Positions 1 through 8,071 of a stretch of DNA of 28,098 nt are shown in pieces. Origin of the DNA: Candidatus Nanopelagicales bacterium (GTDB taxonomy: Bacteria > Actinomycetota > Actinomycetes > S36-B12 > CAIYMF01); contig JBDTDW010000142.1 of the NCBI GenBank assembly GCA_039922855.1, forward strand, positions 1-28,098. The letters are read 5' to 3'. Made by a program: the position numbers and the translations under genes. Within the stretch, counting starts at the first letter, position 1, and each line of letters starts with the position of its first letter. The notes under the pieces are model-generated. The model saw only the letters and a program-made list of their open reading frames with translations, was not told the origin of the DNA and did no database searches.

Positions 1-501
1 CCCCACTGCCTTCAGGCGCGGCGCCACGGCGCTGAGCCACCACAGGTTCATCGCCATCGGATTGGTGTAGTTCAGCAGCCAGGCGTCAGGACAGACCTGC
101 TCCATGTCATGGGCAAGTCCAGTGAGCAGGGGGAAGGTGCGCAGCGCGCGGAAGATGCCACCGATCCCGAGCGTGTCCCCGATCGTCTGGCGAAGACCGA
201 ACCGCGCGGGGATATCGAAATCGGTGCGGGTGGCCGCCAGGCCACCGACCTGCACCATGTTGACAACGAACTCGGCACCGTCGAGCGCCTTTCGGCGGTC
301 TAGCTCGCACGTCACGGTCGGGTGCACGTGGAGCTGCTCGGACACCTGCCGGGCGATCCCTTCGGCGGTGCCCAGCCGTTCTTCGTCGATGTCGTGCAGG
401 CACACCCGCGAATCTGCGAGCTCCGGGTAGCTCAGGATGTCCACCAGCAGCTGTTGGGTGAACTCGACGCTGCCGGCGCCGACGAAGGTGATCGTGGTCA
501 T
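1..501 (-). CDS. melA: GH4 NAD+/Mn2+-dependent alpha-galactosidase/alpha-glucosidase (MelA-like); 3' end runs off the window
   Basis: Translated by hand (not in ORF track): MTTITFVGAGSVEFTQQLLVDILSYPEL...QVGG...DFDIPARFGLRQTIGDTLGIGGIFRALRT...CPDAWLLNYTNPM. This contains the GAGS Rossmann motif and the GH4 QTIGDTLG/NYTNPM signatures. AGGAG RBS lies upstream of the ATG at 501. Confidence 0.88.
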   Translation of the reverse strand, partial: MTTITFVGAGSVEFTQQLLVDILSYPELADSRVCLHDIDEERLGTAEGIARQVSEQLHVHPTVTCELDRRKALDGAEFVVNMVQVGGLAATRTDFDIPARFGLRQTIGDTLGIGGIFRALRTFPLLTGLAHDMEQVCPDAWLLNYTNPMAMNLWWLSAVAPRLKAVG

Positions 502-535
502 CGAGCAGGTCTCCTCGGGGCTGGTACTCCAGCAC

Positions 536-551
536 GTTCGACATATCGAAC
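536..551. promoter_or_regulatory. Palindromic operator GTTCGA-CATA-TCGAAC (candidate IclR site 1) between divergent melA and the PLP enzyme
   Basis: Perfect 6-bp-arm palindrome (7 bp with flanking C/G). The same motif recurs at 5869, 5995 and 11273. Confidence 0.8.
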
Positions 552-575
552 GACGTTCAGAGATACTATCGCATC

Positions 576-1892
576 GTGACGAGCCGGCGCTTTGGAAAGA
601 CCGATGTGGAACCGAGGTACGACGCGGAGCAGATAGCACGAATCCGTCGGCGTTCGGTCCCCGCGACGGAGAAGGGCTTCGGCGGCCCGACACACCGCTC
701 TCGTATCACTGTCGAGGCGATCGTGGCCGACCACCCCCACGTGCGGGGTGGCCTGCTGGGCACGCCTCGAGCTCTCCTGCGGGAAGCGGCATTGACACAG
801 AACATCACTGCGATGGCCGACTACTGCCAACGGCACGACGTCACGTTGTTTCCCCATGGGAAGACGACGATGGCCCCACAGCTGTGGGCTCGACAGCTGG
901 CGGCCGGTGCAGGCGGGATCACAGTCGCCACCCCATCCCAAGCCCGTCTGGCGAGGAAGTTCGGGGTTCGGCGCGTGCTCGTGGCGAATGAGATCGTGGA
1001 CGAGGGTGCGATCCGTTGGGTAGCTCAAGAGCTGAGCGCTGACAATGACTTCTCGTTCCTGTGCTACGTAGACAGCTTGGCGGGAGTGGAGCTTCTGGAG
1101 CACGCACTTGCCACGTGCGGATTCACGGGTCGGCTGCATGTGCTCGTGGAGCTCGGGCATGAGGATGGCCGGACCGGTGCTCGCGGTGAGGCCGCGGCGA
1201 TCGAGGTGGCCGGTGCGGTCGGTCGGTCCGGTCACCTCGAGCTGGCCGGCATCGCAGGCTACGAGGGATCGCTCGTCGCGCCATCCGTGGAGGCCACGGC
1301 CGACCTGGCCCGCGGCTACTGCGAGCGGATGGCACAGCTGACCCTGTCGCTGCTCTCAACCGGCCACTTCCCCCAGCGCCCGGTTGTGACCGCAGGTGGG
1401 TCGGCGTATTTCGACGTCGTGGTCGGCGCGCTCGCGGGCACTGCCCAGTGGGATCTCGTCCTGCGCAGCGGCTGCTACCTCACTCACGACCATGGAACGT
1501 ACGCCCGACTCTCACCATTCGAGCGCGCGCAGTCGGCCACCCCGGTGCTCGCACCCGCGCTCGAGGTGTGGGCGCCGGTGCTGTCACGGCCCGAACCCAC
1601 GGTTGCCGTTCTGGGCGTTGGTCGTCGGGACATCTCGTTCGACGCCGGAAACCCCGTGGCACTCGGGGCTACAACCGCGGACGGAACAGAAGTCGTGGTC
1701 GACACAGCGTCGGTGGACCGGCTGTTCGACCAGCACGCGGTAGCTGCTGTGCCGATCGGCTCGGGTCTCGAGGTCGGGGACGAGGTCCGACTCGGCATCT
1801 CCCACCCGTGCACCACGTTCGACAAGTGGCGGTGGATCCCTGTCGTCGATGACCAAGACCGGATCGTCGATGTCGTACGGACCTTCTTCTGA
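576..1892 (+). CDS. Fold-type III (alanine racemase barrel) PLP enzyme, D-serine/D-threonine/D-glucosaminate deaminase-like (cryptic DSD subfamily)
   Basis: PHGKTTMAPQLW (PLP lysine), GIAGYEG, TAGGSAYFD, LRSGCYLTHDHG and GISHPCTTFDKWR motifs. Start uncertain: GTG 576, or GTG ~606 behind GGAAAG. Confidence 0.8.
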   Translation: MTSRRFGKTDVEPRYDAEQIARIRRRSVPATEKGFGGPTHRSRITVEAIVADHPHVRGGLLGTPRALLREAALTQNITAMADYCQRHDVTLFPHGKTTMAPQLWARQLAAGAGGITVATPSQARLARKFGVRRVLVANEIVDEGAIRWVAQELSADNDFSFLCYVDSLAGVELLEHALATCGFTGRLHVLVELGHEDGRTGARGEAAAIEVAGAVGRSGHLELAGIAGYEGSLVAPSVEATADLARGYCERMAQLTLSLLSTGHFPQRPVVTAGGSAYFDVVVGALAGTAQWDLVLRSGCYLTHDHGTYARLSPFERAQSATPVLAPALEVWAPVLSRPEPTVAVLGVGRRDISFDAGNPVALGATTADGTEVVVDTASVDRLFDQHAVAAVPIGSGLEVGDEVRLGISHPCTTFDKWRWIPVVDDQDRIVDVVRTFF

Positions 1893-1916
1893 ACGACAGC
1901 GGCCGCCCGCGTGGTA

Positions 1917-2774
1917 CTAGACGGCTTGGCCGATGGTTTGGCGCTGGCTTCCCAAGCCATCGACCGACAGCTCCACGACGTCCCCGGCCCGCAGGTAGCG
2001 AGGCGGCGTCATTCCCATCCCGACCCCGGCCGGAGTACCGGTGTTGATGAGGTCCCCGGGTTCGAGCACCATGAACTGGCTGACGTAGCGGACGATCTCG
2101 AGCACTGGGAAGATCATGTTGGCGGTGGTGCCTTGCTGGCGGGGGTCGCCGTTGACGCTCAGTTCCAGGCTCAGGTCCTGCGGATCGGGTATGTCGTCCG
2201 CGGTGACCAGCCACGGGCCGAGCGGGTTGAACGTCTCGCAGGACTTGCCTTTCACCCACTGGCCGCCCCGCTCTAGCTGGAAGTGGCGCTCCGAGACGTC
2301 GTGAGAGACGCAGTATCCGGCGATCGACTCGCGGGCCGCGATGACCGAGGGGAGGTAGCGGGCCGTCTTCGCGATCACGACCCCTAACTCGACCTCCCAG
2401 TCCGTCTTGTGGCTGCCGATCGGCAGGAGAACGTCGTCGTACGGACCGATCACTGTGTTGGGGGCCTTGAAGAACACGACCGGCTCGTCCGGGACGGGCA
2501 TCGACGACTCGGCGGCGTGATCGCGGTAGTTGAGTCCGATGCACACGACCTTCCCAGGCCGGGCAACTGGTGCGCCCCACCGCTCGACGTCTTTGACCGG
2601 GGTGGAGCGCAGCGCGCTGTCACCGTCCAGCAGCGCCCGGAGTGCCTGCAGTCCACCGCCTGCGAAGAACTCAGCATCGAAGTCGCGTACCACGTCCGCG
2701 ACATTCAGGACCAGACCATCACGAAGGACACCGGGCAGCTCGTGGCCTATCGGGCCGGTGCGAACGAGTTTCAT
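1917..2774 (-). CDS. Fumarylacetoacetate hydrolase (FAH) family protein
   Basis: KVVCIGLNYRDH, FFKAPNT, DWEVELGVVI, HDVSER, WVKGKS, LGPWLVT and DLINTGTPAGVG motifs. True start is MKLVRTG at 2774 (AAGGA RBS), not the ORF-track start at 2942. Confidence 0.9.
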   Translation of the reverse strand: MKLVRTGPIGHELPGVLRDGLVLNVADVVRDFDAEFFAGGGLQALRALLDGDSALRSTPVKDVERWGAPVARPGKVVCIGLNYRDHAAESSMPVPDEPVVFFKAPNTVIGPYDDVLLPIGSHKTDWEVELGVVIAKTARYLPSVIAARESIAGYCVSHDVSERHFQLERGGQWVKGKSCETFNPLGPWLVTADDIPDPQDLSLELSVNGDPRQQGTTANMIFPVLEIVRYVSQFMVLEPGDLINTGTPAGVGMGMTPPRYLRAGDVVELSVDGLGSQRQTIGQAV

Positions 2775-2796
2775 CAGCGTCCTTTCCCTTGATCCC

Positions 2797-3678
2797 TCAG
2801 CCGGCGAACATGGTCGGTGGGCGGCCCGTGACGCCGGGGTGGTGCTGGAACACAGAGCCCGCGAGTGGTTGTTCTGTGCGGGCCCGGCCGTCGAGTCCTT
2901 CGGCCGCCGTCGTGATGAACAGCTCGGCGTAGTGCAGGCCACCGAACGCCATACTGCTCACCTGCGTGACCGGCAGAACCACCGACCTGTCGAGCTCACC
3001 GCTGGGCGAATAGCGCCTGATACAGCCCCCTCCCCACACCGCGACCCACAAGAACCCGTCAGCATCCACGGTCAGACCGTCGGGTACGCCCAGAGACGGT
3101 GGTATGGCTACCAGCGTCTGGCGGTCGTACGCCGTCCCGGATGCGAGGTCGAACCGCAGGGTGTCGACGGTGCCAGAGCCGGAGTCCACGAAGTACATGG
3201 TGCTCGCGTCCGCTGACCAGCCGAGGCCGTTGGAGATCGTCACTTCGGTGAGGCATCGACTCGGCACCTGGTCGGCCTCCAGGCAGTACAAGGACCCGGC
3301 CCCCGGGGTCTCGTCGTAGGCGAGCGTCCCAGCCCAGAAGCGACCGGCGGGATCACATCGTCCGTCGTTGAATCGTGTCCCCGGCGGCTGCTCGGGGGCC
3401 GAGATGACCGGTCCCATCGGTCGCCAGTCGTCGTCGTAGAACGCGAATCCCCTCTCCACGGCGGCGACCCAGCCACCTGAGGACCGCGGGACGACTGCGC
3501 CGACGGGCGTCTCGATCTCCCACATCTGACGCAGGCCGGTTGCCGGGTCGATGGCATGCACTCGGCCGGCGAGGATGTCGACCCAGAACAGCTGCTGGGA
3601 CCGATCGTCCCAGCACGGTCCTTCGCTGAGCTCGCCTGCCATCGGGACGAGGACGTCGACCTCTGAAGGCTCGGTCAA
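2797..3678 (-). CDS. SMP-30/gluconolactonase/LRE family sugar lactonase
   Basis: LSEGPCWD, RFNDGRCDPAGRFWAGT, ISNGLGWS and PDGLTVDADG metal-ligand motifs of the six-bladed propeller. Confidence 0.9.
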   Translation of the reverse strand: MTEPSEVDVLVPMAGELSEGPCWDDRSQQLFWVDILAGRVHAIDPATGLRQMWEIETPVGAVVPRSSGGWVAAVERGFAFYDDDWRPMGPVISAPEQPPGTRFNDGRCDPAGRFWAGTLAYDETPGAGSLYCLEADQVPSRCLTEVTISNGLGWSADASTMYFVDSGSGTVDTLRFDLASGTAYDRQTLVAIPPSLGVPDGLTVDADGFLWVAVWGGGCIRRYSPSGELDRSVVLPVTQVSSMAFGGLHYAELFITTAAEGLDGRARTEQPLAGSVFQHHPGVTGRPPTMFAG

Positions 3679-4643
3679 AACCGGATCACGGCTTTCACCG
3701 GCTCACTGGCGCCCCCTGCGAGCGACATGAACGCTTGCGCCGAGTCCTCCACCGAGACCGACGTGGTCCAGGACAGGTCGAGGTCACCGGCCGCTCCGAG
3801 CGCAGTGGCGAAGTCCGCTGGGGTGTAGGCGAAAGAGCCGATGACGAGCTTCTCCGACCGGACCAGGTCGCGGCCGTCGAAGCCGGCACCCCCTTCGGCC
3901 AGCCCGAGCCACACGGTGGTCCCGCCCGGCCGAAGGTGAGAGATGGCCATGTGTCGGGTCTGGGCGCTCCCCACCGCGTCGATGATCACGTCGTACTCAC
4001 CTGCCAGCTGCTCTGCGATCGCCGTCGCCCCGAGCCGATCGGCCAGCGCGAGCCGGGTTGTCGACCGGTCCACGACGGTGATCTCAGTCAGTCCCGTACG
4101 GCGCGCCCACAGGGTGCAGACCAGGCCTATGGTCCCCGCGCCGATCACGGCGGCGCGTATGTCCGTCTCACTGCCCACCTTGCGCCAGGCATGCACGGCG
4201 TTCGCGAGCGGCTCGACCAGCGAGGCGCTCTCCCACGCGAGCCCGTCCGGAATCTCGAGCAGGGAGCTGATGGGCACGACCGCCCTCTCGGCGAACCCTC
4301 CTGCACGCTGGACGCCCAGGAGCTCGCGGTGCCGGCAGATCTGCGGCTGGCCCCTTCGACACATGTCGCAATTGCCGCAGCTGAGCAACGGGTTCACCAC
4401 GACTCGACGTCCATCCGGTGAGATGCCGGCGAACTCGTGACCCATCACGAGCGGCGGGGTTCGAGAATCGAGGTTTCGGAACCCGTGCAGCTCGCTGCCG
4501 CAGATCCCGGCCGCCTTGACATCGATGACGACCGCGTCGCCGCCAGCCAGCGGTTGCGGCAGGTCCTGCAGCTCCACGGTCCCGGGAGCGGTGAAGACCA
4601 GTCCGCGCATCGTCCTGCTGGGGCTGACCTGTGCGCTGGTCAC
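3675..4643 (-). CDS. Zn-dependent medium-chain dehydrogenase (sorbitol/idonate/galactitol-P dehydrogenase-like)
   Basis: GICGSELH, GHEFAG, structural-Zn CGNCDMCRRGQPQIC and GAGTIG motifs. 4-nt overlaps with both neighbours. Confidence 0.88.
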   Translation of the reverse strand: MTSAQVSPSRTMRGLVFTAPGTVELQDLPQPLAGGDAVVIDVKAAGICGSELHGFRNLDSRTPPLVMGHEFAGISPDGRRVVVNPLLSCGNCDMCRRGQPQICRHRELLGVQRAGGFAERAVVPISSLLEIPDGLAWESASLVEPLANAVHAWRKVGSETDIRAAVIGAGTIGLVCTLWARRTGLTEITVVDRSTTRLALADRLGATAIAEQLAGEYDVIIDAVGSAQTRHMAISHLRPGGTTVWLGLAEGGAGFDGRDLVRSEKLVIGSFAYTPADFATALGAAGDLDLSWTTSVSVEDSAQAFMSLAGGASEPVKAVIRF

Positions 4644-5023
4644 GAGTCTCCTTCGGCTGCAACCACATCGATCTCGACAAGTATGTTCAAGAGCTGGGAG
4701 CCGACAGTGGTGCGCACCGGGTAGGGCTGGGAGAATACCCGTTCGTATGTCGAATTGAACCCGGCGAAGTCCGCCTCGAGCCGAGCCAGGTGCGCGGTGA
4801 CCTTCACGACGTCCGCCAGACCGAGTCCGACCTCGCTCAGGGCTCTTTCCACGTTGCGCAACGTGACCTCCGTCTGGGCGCTGATCCCCTCCGGGATCAA
4901 CCCGGTAGCTGGGTCCTGAGGGCCGAAACCTGCGGTGAAGACGAGGCCGTGCGCCACTGTCAGATGGCTGTACGCGCCTCCCGGAGGGGGCAGCTCACTG
5001 CTGGTCAGGAAGCGTGGGCTCAC
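4640..5023 (-). CDS. RidA/YjgF/UK114 family enamine/imine deaminase
   Basis: 127 aa with PPGGAYSH, GFGPQDP, VVKVTAHL, FNSTYERVF, PVRTTVG (catalytic Arg) and VEIDVVA. Confidence 0.88.
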   Translation of the reverse strand: MSPRFLTSSELPPPGGAYSHLTVAHGLVFTAGFGPQDPATGLIPEGISAQTEVTLRNVERALSEVGLGLADVVKVTAHLARLEADFAGFNSTYERVFSQPYPVRTTVGSQLLNILVEIDVVAAEGDS

Positions 5024-5070
5024 TGGTCACCTTTCTGCGCTTGTCTTTGCGGCTTGTCTCTGAGGTGGCA

Positions 5071-5841
5071 TCACATGAGTGCTAGCTGTCCGCCGTCGAC
5101 GACGAGCTCCGCACCGTGCACGAACGAGGCATCGTCCGAGGCGAGGAAGGCATAGGCCGCAGCCACCTCGAAGTCCTGACCTATACGACCCAGTGGGATG
5201 TTGTCCCGCGCGTACGCGGATGCGAAGGCGGCACCCCCGAGGTCCGCGGAGATCTCGGAGTTCAGGGGCGTGTCGATGTAACCCGGGCAGAGCGCGTTGA
5301 CCCGGATGCCGTGTCTTCCCAGCTCGACGGCCATCGTCTTGGTCAGCAGTAGAACACCACCCTTGGACGCGTTGTAGTGGGCGTAGTCGGCCTCGCCCGC
5401 GATCCCGTTCGTCGAACACATGTTGACGATCGCGCCGCCTTGTCCCTGGTCGACCAGAAGCCGGGAGACTGCCTGGGCGACCAGGAACATCCCGCGCAGG
5501 TTCACCGCGATCATCTGGTCCCAGTGGGCTGGCGTTATCTCCAGGAACGGCTCGCGCCAGGAGACTCCAGCGTTGTTGATGAGCACATCGATGCCCCCCA
5601 TGGCCTTGGCGGCGGCGGAGACCAGTCCGGCCACGTCTGCTTCGCGGGTGACGTCGAAGGCCCCGCCGAACACCTGGCCCGGGGCGGCGAGGTTCACCTC
5701 GACCACCGCGGTCACCTCGGCGGCGTCCAGGCCGCCGAGGAACACGGTGGCGCCCTCCTGCAGGAACCGTCGTGCGGCCGCTAGGCCGATGCCGCTGCTT
5801 CCCCCGCTGATGAGCACCCGCTTGCCTGCGAGGCCTCTCAC
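5071..5841 (-). CDS. Classical short-chain dehydrogenase/reductase (SDR)
   Basis: SGGSSGIG, NNAG, YNASK, RVNALCPG and VDGG motifs. GTG start with GGGGTGAGG RBS region. Confidence 0.9.
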   Translation of the reverse strand: MRGLAGKRVLISGGSSGIGLAAARRFLQEGATVFLGGLDAAEVTAVVEVNLAAPGQVFGGAFDVTREADVAGLVSAAAKAMGGIDVLINNAGVSWREPFLEITPAHWDQMIAVNLRGMFLVAQAVSRLLVDQGQGGAIVNMCSTNGIAGEADYAHYNASKGGVLLLTKTMAVELGRHGIRVNALCPGYIDTPLNSEISADLGGAAFASAYARDNIPLGRIGQDFEVAAAYAFLASDDASFVHGAELVVDGGQLALM

Positions 5842-5868
5842 GCCGACCTCACCCCGCCCTCACATATT

Positions 5869-5884
5869 TGTCGATATTTCGAAC
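5869..5884. promoter_or_regulatory. Candidate IclR operator site 2 (minus strand GTTCGA-AATA-TCGACA), overlapping the -10/+1 of the SDR operon promoter
   Basis: 14/16 identity to site 11273. It directly abuts a minus-strand TTGGCA(5912-5907)-18-TACCGT(5888-5883) promoter. A second candidate promoter is TTGACA(5940-5935)-18-TACCTT(5916-5911). Confidence 0.72.
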
Positions 5885-5961
5885 GGTATTCGGTGGATCG
5901 ACAGATTGCCAAGGTAGTAAGCATCTCCGTGCCGTGTCAATCGCCGCTCGTGAGTGCCTGT

Positions 5962-6010
5962 TTGACCCGAAATCGGACTGCTCCCTAGACTCACGTTCGA
6001 GATGTCGGGC
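5962..6010 (+). promoter_or_regulatory. iclR promoter TTGACC-18-TAGACT with a degenerate operator (GTTCGA-GATG-TCGGGC, 5995-6010) over the start codon
   Basis: -35 at 5962-5967, -10 at 5986-5991, ATG at 6002. The left half-site is perfect and the right half is 4/6, suggesting a short or no leader and autoregulation. Confidence 0.55.
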
Positions 6011-6838
6011 GACGATCGAAACCACGACCGAGCCGGTCATGCGGCGTCGGCCCCGAGACGAGTGGTTCCGGCCGCCAGCCGGGCCCTGGACATCCTCGAG
6101 CTGTTCTTGCAGGCCCCCCTGCTCTCTGCTGCGGACATCGTCAACCGGCTGGGCCTGCCCAGGACGACCGTCCACGAGCTGGTGACCACGCTCGTGGACC
6201 GCCGCTACCTCGTCCGGGTTCCCGGCCAGCCGGTGCGGTACCGGGTCGGAGTGCGACTGTTCCAGCTCGGCAGTGTCTATGCCGAGGAGCTCGAGCTGAG
6301 TAGGGAGGCCCAGGACGTCGCCACCGACGTGTCCGCCGCGTGCGACGAGACCGTGCACGTGGCCGTGCTCGAGGGAGCCGACGTCATGTACATCGCACGT
6401 ATCGAGAGCACGCAGCCGGTACGGATGTTCTCGGCCGTGGGCCGGCGCATGCCCGCCCGATGCACGGGCGTGGGCAAGGTGCTCCTGTCCGGCGTTTCCG
6501 GCCCGGTGCTCGACGCCCTCTACCCCAAGGGTTCGCCGCTGACCGCGATGACGCCCAACTCCATCGTCTCCCACGCTCGCCTGCGCGCCCAGCTCAAGGA
6601 GATCGCCCACCGCGGCCTGGCCTACGACGACGCCGAGTCGAATGCCGACGTCCAGTGTGTCGCGGCTCCGATATATGACCGGTCCAGGGCCATGGTCGCT
6701 GCCATGAGCATCTCCGTCCCGACCATGAGATGGGACGACGTGCGGCGCGACCAACTCTCCGAACTTGTGCTCGCGGGCGCGCGTGAGCTCTCGGAGCGGC
6801 TCGGTTGCCCCCCCGACGTGTTCGACGTAGCCCATTAG
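6002..6838 (+). CDS. IclR family transcriptional regulator
   Basis: N-terminal HTH (RALDILELF...LGLPRTTVHELVTTL), ETVHVAVLEG, VGRRMPARCTGVGKVLL and CVAAPIYD. Confidence 0.93.
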   Translation: MSGDDRNHDRAGHAASAPRRVVPAASRALDILELFLQAPLLSAADIVNRLGLPRTTVHELVTTLVDRRYLVRVPGQPVRYRVGVRLFQLGSVYAEELELSREAQDVATDVSAACDETVHVAVLEGADVMYIARIESTQPVRMFSAVGRRMPARCTGVGKVLLSGVSGPVLDALYPKGSPLTAMTPNSIVSHARLRAQLKEIAHRGLAYDDAESNADVQCVAAPIYDRSRAMVAAMSISVPTMRWDDVRRDQLSELVLAGARELSERLGCPPDVFDVAH

Positions 6839-6904
6839 CGCGACACCCACGGGTGTCAGCGAACGCGAGGATCCCGGTCTGATGCGCTTCACGGAGCCAC
6901 GTCC

Positions 6905-8035
6905 TCAGCTGGTGTGAGCAACACGGGAGCACTCGACCCCGGTCAGCGCCACGCCGGACTCCGCGTGGAAGAGGAACACTGCCGTCGGGTCGATCGCCAG
7001 GTGGATCCGGGTCCCTGGCGTCGGGCGTTCTTTCGCCGGGACCTGCACCACGACCAGCTCATCGGTCTGCACCTGCCGTTCCCCAGCACGCGGGTCACCT
7101 CCACCGACCTCCATCCGGACATGCACCAGGTTGTGGCTGCCCAGTGGCTCCACGAAGTCCACTATCGCGATCGCTGCCGTCTCGTCGGCGCCCACGATCC
7201 GGAAGGACTCCGGGCGGACACCGACCGTCACCTCGTCGAGTCCCGGCCCAACTCGTGAGACGGACAGGCCGCCCCACATCACCTGGCCGTCGACGACCGG
7301 TACCCGGGCAAGGTTCATCGCGGGGCTACCCATGAACCCGGCGACGAAGGTGTTGGCGGGGGACTCGTAGATCTCCTGCGGGGATCCCAGCTGTTGCGAC
7401 GCACCTTCGGACATGACACAGATCCGGTCGCCGAGCGTCATGGCTTCGACCTGGTCGTGCGTCACGTAGATCGTGGTGATGCCTAGCCGGCGATGAAGCT
7501 GCTTGAGCTGGCCGCGGACCTCTGAGCGCAGCTTCGCATCGAGGTTGGACAGGGGTTCGTCGAGGAGAAATACCTGCGGCTCACGCACGAGTGCCCGCCC
7601 CATCGCGACCCGCTGTCGCTGTCCTCCCGACAGCTGAGCGGGCTTGCGCTCGAGCAGCGACTCCAGGCCTAGCATCGCGCTGGTCCGTCGGACCCGCTCA
7701 TCCACCTCGTGCTTCGGGGTCTTGCGCTGGCGAAGCCCGTAAGCCAGGTTTCGATAGACACTCATGTGTGGGTAGAGCGCATAGTTCTGGAACACCATCG
7801 CGATGTCCCGCTCCCCGGGATCCATCGAGTTGACCACGCGACCCCCGATGAGGATGTCTCCGGATGTCGGCTTGTCCAAGCCGGCCAGCAGACGAAGCGC
7901 CGTGCTCTTCCCGCACCCGGAAGGTCCCACCATGATGATGAACTCGCCGTCGGCGACATCGAGGCTCAGTTCGCGGAGGGCGAAGACGTCGCTGCCGTAA
8001 CGCCTTGTCACGTTCCGCAGTTCAACTTGTGCCAC
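6905..8035 (-). CDS. Carbohydrate ABC transporter ATP-binding protein (MsmK/SugC/UgpC-like)
   Basis: Walker A GPSGCGKS, FQNYALYPHM, LSGGQRQRVAMGR, LLDEPLSNLDAKLR, YVTHDQVEAMTL and a C-terminal TOBE region. Confidence 0.95.
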   Translation of the reverse strand: MAQVELRNVTRRYGSDVFALRELSLDVADGEFIIMVGPSGCGKSTALRLLAGLDKPTSGDILIGGRVVNSMDPGERDIAMVFQNYALYPHMSVYRNLAYGLRQRKTPKHEVDERVRRTSAMLGLESLLERKPAQLSGGQRQRVAMGRALVREPQVFLLDEPLSNLDAKLRSEVRGQLKQLHRRLGITTIYVTHDQVEAMTLGDRICVMSEGASQQLGSPQEIYESPANTFVAGFMGSPAMNLARVPVVDGQVMWGGLSVSRVGPGLDEVTVGVRPESFRIVGADETAAIAIVDFVEPLGSHNLVHVRMEVGGGDPRAGERQVQTDELVVVQVPAKERPTPGTRIHLAIDPTAVFLFHAESGVALTGVECSRVAHTS

Positions 8036-8071
8036 AGGGCACCCCTTGACTCAATCGTGAAACCGGCATCG

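Noticed and set aside
4741-4755. GTTCGTATGTCGAAT, operator-like sequence inside ridA
   Set aside because: The spacer is one base short, it is intragenic, and it is explained by the FNSTYE codons.
6842-6857. GACACC-CACG-GGTGTC hairpin between convergent iclR and the ABC ATPase
   Set aside because: Short stem without a U-tract; too weak to call as a terminator.
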